From: Octopus sinensis
Lineage: Eukaryota
Length of the DNA stretch: 64,000 bases
Reading direction: 5' to 3'
NCBI RefSeq assembly: GCF_006345805.1
Contig: NC_042999.1
Location: forward strand, 112,344,001 to 112,408,000
Under the pieces are notes generated by a model. That model ran no database searches, was not told where the DNA came from, and saw nothing but the letters and a program-made list of their open reading frames with translations. The position numbers and the translations under genes were made by a program. Shown one piece after another: positions 42,324 to 55,554 of the stretch. Every line of letters begins with the position of its first letter. The first letter of the stretch is position 1.

Positions 42324-43588
42324 GATAGATAGATAAAGAGGATATATATACATACATTCATGCATATCCACATACATACAAGCATTCATGCACGCATATA
42401 TACACACGTATATATATACATGCATACAAACATACATACGTATAAACATATACATGTACATACGTGTGTTGGCATCCACAGATATATTTACATCTATATA
42501 CATGCATATATGCGCACTCAAACAAGCACACACAAACATGCATACACACACTCACACGCATACACACTCATACATACACACGCATATATATTCATATAAA
42601 TGTAAGTGTGTATGTGTCAGTGTATATGCATGAACAGTTATGTTATTTGTTTATATTCCTGGCAAATGGCATACAGTGCTACACGAAGTTTCACGATTGC
42701 TCTGACTGTCTGAAAGACTTTGTTGATCTGTTAACCAATAGCTATGCTTGTTCTAGAAGGCACTGGTGCCTCACTATTTCATTGTCTAACTCGGTTCTAT
42801 TATGTCATCTAATTTGTAAATAAGATGTTTGTAAAACAGAAATGCGCAGATGGCACTAATCTTTGCAGGACGGCAAAACTATATCTTCTTTGGAAGAATA
42901 TAAAACTGTGGTTGGCATAATATAAATAATAGAAAATCGCAATTTATTTCAAATTTCGTCTTAAATTTGACGAACCGAACATCTCAGTAAGCAACGTATC
43001 AGCTAATATTTTATCAATCTGCAATTCAAAATTCAAAATATATTTATTTGCTCCTAAGCTCTATGTGTGTATTTTTTAAGCAGATATAAGAAGAAAAGGG
43101 CTTTTTTTCTCCCTCATATTTTATTATCACCATGCAAGATCAGAGTCTTGTGGTTTTCGACCACTCATAATTGATATTAGCTACTTCAGTCGTGGAAAAT
43201 CTCTGACTTAGCAACAACACTATATTTTATTGCAAGATAGCATTTTGAGCAGTAGTTTAAAAACTAATTGTATTTTGTTTTTAAAGTATCAGTCTAAAAA
43301 CCATATGTATTTTTAAACGGACCTGACAGCGCAATTGATTCTACATTTAAGCAAATAGATGCGTTATATATATTTAATTTTAAAAGTATTCTCGGTTAAC
43401 CCAGCATACGTTTACTGCAGTCTACTGACTTTATGTCGGCTCCGCTCACTATTTCTTTTCAATGTCATTTTCTATCCAACTAGTTACTATGGTATCGCTA
43501 AAATTGTGCATTTGTATAATAGTTATAGAACTGTAACTATGGTTAGAGTTCTGCAAAACTACAATTTCTCTATAACCATAGCAATACT

Positions 43589-43806
43589 CTCTCTTTACTC
43601 TTTTACTCTTTTACTTGTTTCAGTTATTTGACTGTGGCCATGCTGGAGCACCGCCTTTAGTCGAGCAAATCGACCCCAGGACTTATTCTTTGTAAGCCTA
43701 GTACTTATTCTATCGGCCGAAATTATTCTATTGCCGAACCGCTCAGTTACGTAAGCACACCAGCATCGGTTGTCAAGCGATGTTGGGGGGACAAACACAG
43801 ACACAT
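43589..43806 (-). mobile_element. SINE family A 3' half
   Basis: Reverse complement of 44350-44558, high identity. Confidence 0.9.
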
Positions 43807-43808
43807 CA

Positions 43809-43860
<52 letters not shown>

Positions 43861-44173
43861 ATCTATGTATGTATGTGTGTGTGTGTATGTGTATGTATAA
43901 CATTAGGATTGTATACAATTTTAGGTAAACACACACATATACACAAACACAAACATACACAGAGAGATGTAATCCTGCGATAGAGTATCAGCCCGATCAT
44001 GTGATCTTGTATACTTCAGCGCCTCAGGAATCAACAGAAAAATTCCTGCCCAATAGGCCTCGCATAAGGCATACTTTTTACACATATAAACAAATATATT
44101 TACGTAATACACATATGCATAATACAAATTACAAAAACAAACACACATATATAATATATATAATATATATAAA

Positions 44174-44558
44174 GGCGCAGGAGTGGCTGTGTGGTAAGTA
44201 GCTTGCTAACCGACCACATGGTTCCGGGTTCAGTCCCACTGCATGGCATCTCGGGCCGACCAAAGCCTTGTGAGTGGATTTGGTAGACGGAAACTGAAAG
44301 AAGCCTGTCGTATATATGTATATATATATATGTATGTGTGTGTGTATGTTTGTGTGTCTGTGTTTGTCCTTCTAGCATTGCTTGACAACCGATGCTGGTG
44401 TGTTTACGTCCCCGTCACTTAGCGGTTCGGCAAAAGAGACCGATAGAATAAGTACTGGGCTTACAAAGAATAAGTCCCGGGGTCGATTTGCTCGACTAAA
44501 GGCGGTGCTCCAGCATGGCCGCAGTCAAATGACTGAAACAAGTAAAAGAGTAAAAGAG
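44174..44558 (+). mobile_element. Full-length young SINE family A
   Basis: tRNA-like head (tggctgtgtgg, gggttcagtccc), internal microsatellite, LINE-like tail, (gtaaaaga)n end. Confidence 0.92.
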
Positions 44559-45089
44559 TATATATACTTAATTATTAAAGCTGCAAGAATATCACAAAAA
44601 ACTGCTACTCAGAGTTTCACGTTCCCATTCGCCGGATAGATGTGATCAAGAATGGAAAAAAATTGTGATTGTACATGCAATATGATTCAATTTGACGAAT
44701 ATGCACTTGAATTTAATTGGGTAATTATGCTAACGGTTTTTTTTAAAATTTCTTTTGGGAAGTATGCAAATTAAACAGTAATATATAAATATTGTATTGT
44801 ATAATATCGAAAAAGTCTTGAGTTGAAAAAAATGAATCAGATTAATTAATGATAGATAAATAAATAATTAATAGACGTGTAAGTTTGTTTCATAAATTTA
44901 TAACCCATAAATTAAGTTTCTAAATTTGCTTCCTTGTGATTAGGAAGCAAGCTTCTTGCCACACATCTACAGTGTGCGTGTGTTTGCCTAAAGTTATATA
45001 GAATCCTAATGTTATACATACACATACATACATACGTACATACATACGTACATACATACATACATACATACATACATACATACATACAT

Positions 45090-45120
<31 letters not shown>

Positions 45121-45688
45121 TACATACATACATACATACATACATACATACATACATACATACATACATACATAAGTTAATTGTGGTGCTGAGAGCTAGG
45201 ATTAGAGTTTCTCAACTGTGATTGGTATGTTTAGTAAGACTGTAATATATAATGTTAAAAAATGCAGACATGGAAGATGGGATTTAATAGACAGAAAAAA
45301 TCTTACATGTACAACAAAATGCTTCTCACACTTAAAATACAGGTGGGTGTTAAAAAATGAAATTACTCTCATTGAACGTTTCTTTCTATTTTATTTTCCA
45401 GATCATTCTTGAGAGGATTTGCCTCTCCTGTATTCATTCACTCATTTCTTTTTCTGTTAGAGAAAAAAAAAAAGAAAAAAACAGAAGGCCACAGACTAAA
45501 ACAAAGATTTAGTCTATTTTCAACATAGAAACGTTGATATCAATCCTCAATAATCTGTTTCTGAATATGTTAGTGCTGTGATTGTCCAGCAGTCTATTTA
45601 GGTGACATTCACTATTTGTAGAGAGGATTTTAGTAGGGTTTTTGTACACAATGTTTTTCTTAGTATATATGTTTCTACATATGTGTAT

Positions 45689-45726
<38 letters not shown>

Positions 45727-45850
45727 ATGTATACGCATATATATATTTGTGTGTGTGTGTGAGTGTGTGTGTATGTATATGTGAATGTATGTACGTATGT
45801 ATGTGTGTATGTGTGTTATAATGTAGAACAAACAGTAAAAGGTTGTCATC

Positions 45851-45909
45851 ACAGTACTCGGAGTTTCGAATGTCGGAGCGAAGAGCTACTATACATTCTC
45901 GTCGACTAT
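45851..45909 (-). ncRNA. Degenerate hammerhead-like motif
   Basis: TCGACGA-gaatgt/acattc stem II-GAAA-CTC C GAG-TA; core positions 3-4 altered. Confidence 0.45.
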
Positions 45910-46194
45910 TAATGGCAACAGATGCTATGAAAAATCGTTAAATAAAAGAAAAGTAACTCTAATAGGTGGAAAGACAAAAAAGAAAAGAGATAAAAAATAC
46001 ACGCAACCATATTCTCACAATACATAGACATAAACCTCCTGCGTTCACAACGTCTACATATGTACACAGACAAACATGCATGCATACATATACAAACTCA
46101 CATATATGTATGTAAATATTCATACATACACACATACCCACACACACATGTACACATGTATATATATATATATATGTGTGTGTATGTGTGTGTG

Positions 46195-46296
46195 TACACA
46201 ACCTCATCTTCATGGACCTCTGGTGGTCGGCAAAGGTAGTACTGGGGGGTGCGTGAACTTAATTCAAAATTTCATATATGTGTGTGTGTGTGTATG

Positions 46297-46341
<45 letters not shown>

Positions 46342-46541
46342 TTATATATATAAATAAGGATAAGATCGTTAATTTAAAATGAAATAACGATTTTATCAAG
46401 TGGTCAGCATGAAAAAAATAACCTTCAAAGGTAATAATTATTAAAATTAGGGCATCTACGAGATACCACCATGCTGAAAACAGCAGCCATGATCTATTTA
46501 TTTATATACATACATATACATACATACATACATACATACAT

Positions 46542-46578
<37 letters not shown>

Positions 46579-46720
46579 TACATACATACATACATACATA
46601 CATACATACATACATACATACATACATACATACATAAGGTTAAGCATATTAAAAGGAGTCCGTGGAAAAACTCATTTAAATAAAAGGGGTCCTTTTGTCG
46701 TGAAAAGGTTGGGAGCCACT
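46195..46720. mobile_element. hAT/Charlie-like MITE with nested microsatellites and a PLE-like fragment (46345-46495)
   Basis: Right end aaaaggttgggagccactg is a Charlie-type TIR; 46345-46495 resembles 21690-21830. Confidence 0.45.
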
Positions 46721-46792
46721 GTACTAAACAGTCGGCCTTTGAGTCTCTAATTTCTGCCGATTAAAAATAATACAAACATACATAGACACACA

Positions 46793-47589
46793 AACGCGGT
46801 TTGCTCAAAAAGTATCCGGACCGGTGCTATAAAAAAAAACTACGGCACATATCAATTCGACATTTAATCTCCTTCGAAGTGGTTCCATTCTGAAACCACA
46901 CACTTTATCCAGCATCGTTTCTGTTGATTGAAGCATTCCTGGAACCCCTTTTTCTGGGATACCGTGCAGCTGATTCGTTGTATTCTCTTGGATTTCCTCG
47001 GCGTCTTGAAATCTTGTTCCTTTCAAGTGAGATTTGAAATCTGCTACAATTGAAAGCAGTTTTGTCACAATCTTGGCAGACACACGTCTCATACATAAAT
47101 CTTCAATGAGAATGGACTGAACTGAAGCGTAACTAATATTCACATCCCCGGCCTTTCCGAACAGCTGTGGGAATATCTGCGATGTTTTCACCAGTTTTGT
47201 TGGTTGTGAGTTTCGTAGAACGTGCGTCGCTATCCACATTTTGTAGGCTATCTTGGAAATGTGTGAACCACTTGTACACTCGTGTCTGGATCATACACTC
47301 CTCTCCATGCGATTTCTGCAACTTTGCATAGGTCTCTGCACAGATATTACCAAGCTTTTGGCAAAATTTGATGCAGATTCTATATTCCAATTTCCTCGGT
47401 GAGTCAACAACAATCTACACACTTTACTTTCAAGCACAGCTATAAACAACGGAAGTGAACGGGAACGTTATAACTTCGTGTATTTACGCGACAGAGTTCA
47501 AGATCAATCTGTGCCTAGCAGCTCCATCCTGCGTACTTTAGCTCTGTTACCATAGCAACTGACCAGATACTTTTTGATCAGTCCTCGCA
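46793..47589 (-). mobile_element. Internally deleted mariner transposon
   Basis: TIRs (tcaaaaagtatc.gg) at both ends; N-terminal HTH MEYRICIKFCQKLG...VYKWF and C-terminal LKGTRFQDAEEIQ; catalytic core missing. Confidence 0.9.
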
Positions 47590-47790
47590 TATATGTATGT
47601 GTACACAAAGGAGGAATGAGTTTCTGAGCAGACCGATTTCCACTCACAACCCAAAGCCATTGTAGAAGACACATTTTCAATGTGCCATGCTGAGATCAAA
47701 CTAGAAACAACGTCACACTAGTTAGGACGAGAATTTTGCCACCAGAGCTTTTGAATGGCTAATAAGTGTCTTTTACCCAGTAATAGTTTT

Positions 47791-47959
47791 ACATTATTTA
47801 CATTTGACGGATATTTGTCCTCATCTTGTTTGTTGTTAACACAACGTTTCGGCTGATATACCCTCCAGCCTTCTTCAGGTGTCTTGAGGAAATTTCGAAC
47901 TGGGTTCTCATTCCTAAGGTAATTTTGATATTATCATCATTATTATTATTATGATGATG

Positions 47960-48045
<86 letters not shown>

Positions 48046-48050
48046 TATTA

Positions 48051-48119
<69 letters not shown>

Positions 48120-48136
48120 TCACGCAATATGCCCGT
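47791..48136 (-). mobile_element. Hammerhead SINE family E, copy 2 (head internally deleted)
   Basis: acgggcatat start, tRNA part deleted, long (AAT)n, hammerhead at 47838-47883. Confidence 0.85.
47838..47883 (-). ncRNA. Minimal type I hammerhead ribozyme
   Basis: gacac-CTGAAGA-a-ggctg/cagcc-GAAA-CG-TT-gtgtt. Confidence 0.8.
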
Positions 48137-48433
48137 GGGCATATGGCATAGTGGTTAAGAGCGCAGGTTACTAACCCCAAGATTCCGAGTTTTATTCCAA
48201 GCAGTAAACTGAAGAAGAAGAAGAAGAAGAAGAAGAAGAAGAAGAAGAAGAAGAAGAAGAAGAAGAAGAAGACCTTAGGAAAGAGAACCCAGGTTCGAAA
48301 TTTTCCCAAGACACCTGATGAAGGCTGGAGGGTATATCAGCCGAAACGTTGTGTTAACAACACACAAGATGACAAATATCCGTCTAATGTAAATAATGTG
48401 CATAATTCTTCATCTCTTAAACATAGAACTGTA
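48137..48433 (+). mobile_element. Hammerhead SINE family E, copy 3
   Basis: A box tggcatagtgg, degenerate B box, (GAA)n linker, hammerhead, same 3' end as copy 1. Confidence 0.85.
48310..48355 (+). ncRNA. Minimal type I hammerhead ribozyme
   Basis: gacac(48310)-CTGATGA(48315)-ggctg/cagcc-GAAA(48343)-CG-TT-gtgtt. Confidence 0.8.
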
Positions 48434-48581
48434 ATAGTTTTAGTTTCAGCCCATCTTTTCGGATTAAATCACTTGCCTAGCAAGTATACCTCTTTAAATA
48501 CATACATGCATATATTTCTACCTCTCTCTATCCCTCATTACCTCTCTAGCCTCTACTCCCCCTCTGAACCTCAAAACGAAG

Positions 48582-49529
48582 ATGGCACCAAAGTGGGAAA
48601 AGAAAGAGTTAAATCTTCTGCTGAGAGCATAGACGATTGCTAGTGGCGATCCGCCGAACAACATCATCACTGCCGCGCTAAAAAACAATGGATTTCATAG
48701 AACCATTGACCAGATAGAGCGGAAGAAAAGTGAGTTTATCCGGTCTTGCATGCTTATAAGACCTCACATCAAAACACTGGACAACATAATTGAAAATTAT
48801 TGTGGCAAAGCTGATGAGGATGAAGAGGACGAAAAAGAGAAGGAAGCCGGAAGTCTCTGTAATCCAGGGGTTCCTCAGGAAAGTGGATCACCTACCCCGG
48901 TGAACGACCAGGTAGTGAAGGATAGGGGAGCCAAGGGAGCAGAAACCGGAAGCCCCCTGTACCAGTGGTCCTACGAAGAAATGAAAAATTAGAAAAACAG
49001 AAGAAAAAAGGAAGGACCGAAAACAAAAATAAGGAGGGAAAAGGCAAAAACAACCAAAGTTGAAACTCCAACGCACCACACAAACAGCAGAGAACCCCAT
49101 GGAGGATCCAATGCCACCCAGTACACTTCAGGAAAGAAGAAATCTGGAAGGCACCGAAGAACCTGTAAGTTCTACCTGCGGGGCAAATGTTGGCATGGTG
49201 AGGACGGCAAAAACTGCCGGTTCGCCCACTCGACACCCCGCCAGAACTTCAGGGGACTCAAAGAGAAAAACTTTACCGTGGGAACACAAGAAATGTCTCC
49301 CAGGAAAACTTTCAAAAACGAAGTGCGCTCCTCAGATGTTCTACGCAACGCAGCAGCTGAGCAAGAGTCTTTTTTATGCATGGTGCAAAGAATTGTCCGG
49401 CAGCTAACCTGGCTACACCAAGCACAGAGAAGGAACCCTGCCCACCACTATGCAAGACCACCGCAGTCAACAGACACGGGATGGCCTCCCCTAACGCCTG
49501 CACAGCCGTCACCCCAATACTTTTACTAA
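48582..49529 (+). pseudogene. LINE ORF1 (two in-frame stops): Myb/SANT-like N-terminus plus CCCH zinc finger
   Basis: One frame from ATG 48582 with TAG at 48630 and 48990; KWEKKELNLLL...LKNNGFHRTIDQIERK; CKFYLRGKCWHGEDGKNCRFAH. Confidence 0.7.
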
Positions 49530-52468
49530 AGGGGCCTGTTGCATCAAAATAGAAACAAAATTTCTTTCCCGAGAGATCTTACTGTATGCAATCAAGCCCT
49601 ATGCATAGCACTTGTGGAAACTCACCTCAACCCTGATATAGAGGACGCAGAAGTACACATACCAAACTATGCCATATTGCGAACAGACAGAAGGGAAAGG
49701 AGCCATGGTGGAGTTGGTGTATACATCCGAGATGACCTCACACCCCAGATCTTAATGACATACTCAAATTCGGTATGTGACACTTTAATTGTATACATAA
49801 GGCAACATAATATAGTCATATGCAATACATATTGCCCACCGGATGCCCCAAATCACATAGGCAAGAGGCAAGTTTGAAGATTGCCTCACAAGAATTAAAG
49901 AAATCCTCATGAATCTGGAACACCACGTGACCATATTTCTTATGGGTGATTTCAACTTCCCCAACGTCAAATGGCCCGAAGGTCACATACTCTCAGGAAT
50001 GAATCATTGCAAGCAAGTACACGTGGAGTCCCTGCTCAACCTCACCAATGCCTTATTCATGGAGCAAGTTGTACTCAAGCCAACTAGGGCGAATAACATT
50101 CTGGATCTCTGCTTCACGAACAATATGGACATCATTCATGATGTGAAAGTGACACCGACATCAGTTTCGGATCACAACATAGTATAGCTGTCTATGTTTG
50201 GGTCAAAAGTAACTAGAGACATACAGCCTAAAGGAAGCACCCGAAATCTCTCCAATCTGAACTTCCACAAAGCAGATTGGAAATCGATCCAAAAAGAGAT
50301 GCTCAGAGAGGACTGGCCGGAATGTCTCTCCACACCAGTTATTGACATGAAACTAGAATGTTTCATGTCTTCTGTGCAAGCCGTATGCCAGAAATATGTC
50401 CCAGAGCACAAGGCCAAAACAAATAGGAGCAAGATTCCAAGAGACAGGAAGATCCTCATGAGACAACGGACGAAAGTTGCAAATCGTCTCAACCAACATC
50501 CCAAAAGTAGCGAAACGTCCCGCCTAAAAACAACACTGATGGAGATCGAAAAAAGGCTGCAACGATCCTATGTGAAGGAGAAAGCAGACAAAGAAGCCTG
50601 GGTTATAAAAAAACATTAAATCAAACCCAAAGGCCTTCTTTCATTACGCGAAAGAAACAGTCTCAGTGCACTACAAGATAGGACCCCTACTCCAAAAGGA
50701 TGGCTCCCTCACAGACAGTCCAACTAAGATCAGTGAGATGCTGAATGACCAGTTCAAAAGTGTCTTTACCACCCCGCTGGAACACAGACAAGTGAACGAA
50801 CCAGTGGACTTCTTTGCCGCCTCACCTATAACCAGCGAGGCGGTTACAATAGAATGTATTGACATTAGCGAAAAAGATGTCCTACTAGCCATAGATGAAG
50901 TGGACACAAACTCAGCTGCTGGTTCAGATGGTTTCCCAGCCATCCTCCTCAAAGCGTGTAAGCATGCCCTGGCAAAACCCATCAAGATTCTCTTCCAGAG
51001 CTTTCTTGCGAATGGCAAACTGCCAAGCAAGCTAAAGGAGGGAATAATATGCCCAATACATAAAGGGTGAAGTAGAGCAGATGCCAAAAACAATAGGCCT
51101 ATCTCTCTGACTTCACACATCAGCAAAGTCATGGAACGGATAGTCACAAAGAAACTAATCGCATTCCTTGAGGAAAATAACTTGCTGAGTGATACCCAGC
51201 ATGGTTTTCGACCAGGTAGGAGCTGCCTGACCCAGCTCTTACAGCATTATGACTGGGTGTTGAGGTAGTTACTCAACAAATCAAATGTGGACGTAATCTA
51301 CCTTGATTTTGCAAAAGCTTTTGACAAGGTGGATCATGGTATGATATGCCACAAACTGCGTGACCTCGGCATAGCTGGAAAACTTGGAGTGTGGTTGCAT
51401 GACTTCCTGAAAGATAGGAGTCAGGCAGTAGTGGTTAATGGAGCCACCTCTATGAACACACAAATAGTGAGCGGTGTTCCACAGGGCACTGTCTTGGGAC
51501 CACTGCTTTTTATAGTGGCCCTCTCAGATATGCCCTCAAATGCCCAGATAGCCACTCTGGCCAGCTATGCAGACGATACGAAAGTCTCGCAGAAAATACA
51601 GAACCCCAGTGATGTTGCACACCTGCAGCAGGAGTTGGACTCAATCTACAGATGGGCTGAGGATAATAATATGCAGTTTAATGCTGAAAAATTCCAGGCC
51701 CTGCGCTACCAGCATCCAAAACTGAATATTAAACTTACAGGATACACCGGTCCACGGGGAATTTCAATCCCGGAGCCTAAGTCTGTGAGGGACCTGGGTA
51801 TCGACATGAGTGATGATACCTCTTTCCAAGTGCACATTACCAGGATGGCGACAAAGTGCAGACGACTGGCTGGGTGGATCCTAAGAACATTCAGAACCAG
51901 AGATAAGGAAACCATGATGGTCCTCTGGCGGACATTCGTCTTCAGCCACCTGGATTACTGCTCACAGCTATGGTCACCCACCTGTGTAAAATTAACAGCA
52001 GACCTTGAAGCAATCCAGAGAAGATTCACAAAGAAGATCGTCACTTTGTAACAGCTCAGTTACTGGGAAAGGTTGAAACAGCTAAGACTCTACTCCCTGG
52101 AGAGAAGACGGGAGAGGTATGCAATAATATATGTCTGGAAGATCCTGGAAGGAATTGTGCCAAATTTTGGCATTGTAAGCTACACCAATGCTAGAACGGG
52201 ACGACACTGCATAGTGTCAAAGATCCCAGCAATGCCATCACGCTTCATGACCAGCTTCTGCAACAGGCTGGGTTTCAAGCGCCCACAGCTTTTTAATATT
52301 CTCCCAAAGAGTCTGAGGAACTTGCACAAAGTAGATGTAGCGGTTTTTAAATCAAAGCTGGACATCTTCCTGTCAAGAGTCCTAGATGAACCTACCTCAC
52401 GGCAAGAGGTACAAATGAGAGTAGCTATATCAAACTCCATTCTTCACCAAGTGCCACATATTAGATGA
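49520..52468 (+). pseudogene. LINE ORF2 (APE endonuclease plus reverse transcriptase), disrupted
   Basis: ORF-track segments 49539-49877, 49909-50187, 50194-50619, 50666-51070, 51287-52051 and 52073-52468 form a colinear EN-RT. Confidence 0.95.
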
Positions 52469-53329
52469 GGTTCGTCGTAATAACAGTGTAGCACAAAACG
52501 GCGGTGCATCAGCATGGTCGCAGCTCTGAGCTGAAACTAGAAAAATAAAATATATATATATATACAGAGAGAGAGAGAGAGAGAGATTACTCGGTTTCAG
52601 TTGCATATGGAAAAACATATTCTTCGCAACATGTATTGAGCACTCCTTTGTCACTCATTCGACATAAAGCAACATACGTATACACTCACACAAACACACA
52701 CACATACACATATAGTATGATTTTCACATTTACTTTTGCTACATGTACTGGGGCAGCTTTGTTACTTGTTTTCTGTTGTTTTATGGGTTTATTTTTTAAA
52801 GGAGGGCTGGACGAACTTATTGTCGTTATCACCAACAGATTAAGAACTACTTTTGACTTAATACGAATAAAAATAACAATGATGTTGACGATATGACTGA
52901 CATGATGACTATAGTGATGACGAGCATAAGACATTCGATCATCTATAAATGATAATGTGATGCTGCAACACACAACACACACACATACAATACGTATATG
53001 TGTGTATATATATATATATATAATATATATATATATATATTATATATAGATATATATATATATGTATAATATATATATATGAGTATATATTTATATATAT
53101 ATGAGTATATATATATATTTACATATGTGCATATATACATATATATATATATCTGTGTGTGTTTGTGTATATATATATATATATATTATTATATATATAT
53201 ATATTATATATACATAGCTAGAAGTTTTCCATATCTCTTACTTTTGCTTTAAAATGCAAAGGAAAGAGCTTAGCCATCAAAAACATTGATGGCGATATTA
53301 CTAATAGTAATAATATAATGATATAATAA

Positions 53330-53353
53330 TTATTATTATTTCCATTATTATTA

Positions 53354-53432
<79 letters not shown>

Positions 53433-53460
53433 TATTATTGCTATTATTATTATTATTATT
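53330..53460. repeat. (ATT)n microsatellite
   Basis: Direct inspection. Confidence 0.95.
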
Positions 53461-53640
53461 ATGACATGAAGAAGAAGAGGAGCAGGAGAAGGTGGGGGAG
53501 GAAGGCAGCGGTTGCAGAGATGGTGGTGACGACGACCATGATAACAAGAATGATGATCATGGAGGAGAGGATGGTGACGGTAAATTAATATAGACAGATA
53601 GACAGACAGACAGACAGATATACATACATACATACATACT

Positions 53641-53732
<92 letters not shown>

Positions 53733-53742
53733 TATAGATATT

Positions 53743-53803
<61 letters not shown>

Positions 53804-55360
53804 GTATGTATATATATACACCACACACATACACACACACACACAGATATCATCTGTCTATGAATGGAGAACTGCAATACGAACGACGAAAAGAAGATAT
53901 GAAAGTGAGAGTACTTTGGAATTCATGAGAAAGAAATTTTCCATATCCTGCTAGACATGATGACGAGTATACACTCAGTTCCTTCACAAAGGTTAATGCA
54001 AAATAGTTTTCAGGATTAAGAATTTTATATCAGCTAAATGCAAGTATTTAATAGTAAAAAACAAACAAAAAAGGCTGAAAAAGCAACATTAACAACAGCT
54101 ACAACAACAACAATAATAATAATAATAATAATAATATTCTTGGCGATGACGACGTCAATAGCATGATAACGATGATTTTAACGACGTTGGTGATGATGGT
54201 GAGGATGATGGTGCTATTAACGATGACGATGCTAATGATGTTCGTAACGTCGACGGTGGTGACCGCGATGGCGGCGGCGGCAGTGTTGGTGTCGGTGGTG
54301 GTGGTGGTGGTGGTGGTGGTGGTTATAGCGGTGGTGGTAGCGATGGTAGTGATGGTTAGTGCTGGTGGTGATGGTGATGGGTGATGATTAGAATGAGGAG
54401 GAGGAGGTGGAGGAAGGGGAGGAGGATGTGGAGGAAGGGGAGGAGGAGGACGATGACGACGATACGACGACGACAACGGCGACAACAACAACAACGATGA
54501 CGGCCGAAAGTGTAGAGTCGGCGGCAGCGGAAGTGGCGACAACTGTGAAGGAGGGGTGATGACGCTAATGATGACGTTAATGATGATGTTTTTATGACGA
54601 CTACGACGACGACGACAGCAAAAAAAGAACAAAAATAATGTTCCTAATCATTTTTCTATGGCAAAACGAAAAACAAATGAACAACATACGTATCATGTAT
54701 GACCACTTTAAAGTAGCTTTTGCTTGTAATTCCTGTAAAAACGTAAAAGATATGTTTTTGTCGATATTTGTTTTGTTTTGTTTTTTTTCTATTTTAAAGA
54801 TATAATACAAGGAAAGAAACAGTAGACGATGGAAATGTAAGAACTAAGTAGAGAACAAAAAAAAACAACAAAAAAAAATTAGATATGACAAAATCCAAAG
54901 ACAAAGAAAAGCCAAGAAAGAAATATTTGCCTCTAACGGTTACATTGATCTTACATCATAGAAGAATGTTACACATTGTCCATCACCTGCTTTCGATGTG
55001 GTAGCAAGACTCAAGCACGATGTTAAAATGCAAAATGAGGACTGTTTTGAAACGAAATCGTAAAACTACTGAACAAAAAATATATATATATATTATGTGT
55101 TATAATGTGTGTGTTTATATGAACGCGTGTGTGTATACATGCATATATATATGTGTATATATGTATATATGTATGTATGTATATATATATATATCTAAGA
55201 TATATATGCATATATATCTTATATACATACATACATACATACATACATACATACATACATACATACATACAAAGAGATAGATACGAATATTCATTATTCA
55301 ATAGTTTCAAAATTTCATTTTATATATATACATACATACATACATACATACATACATACA

Positions 55361-55391
<31 letters not shown>

Positions 55392-55523
55392 TACAAAATA
55401 CCCTGTTGTTGATGTTGAATTTCCAATGAAGGAGCTTTGGATCTAGGTTAGAAACCGGCTCTTTATCTATTGGCAAGAAACCTTGAAATAAAACTGAACA
55501 CTGATATACATACAAAGACAAAC

Positions 55524-55554
<31 letters not shown>

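Larger units (their letters stand above)
48445..52550 (+). mobile_element. Near full-length, inactivated CR1/L2-group LINE
   Basis: ORF1 48582-49529; ORF2 with APE (ETHL, GGVGVYI, GDFNFP, LDLCF, SDHNIV) and RT (LDFAKAFDKVDH, SGVPQGTVLGPLLF, YADD); multiple stops and frameshifts; 3' stem-loop tail. Confidence 0.95.

Noticed and set aside
48445-52550. Active autonomous LINE
   Set aside because: At least two stops in ORF1 and several stops and frameshifts in ORF2
54099-54632. Proline-rich 177-aa ORF
   Set aside because: Compound trinucleotide low-complexity tract
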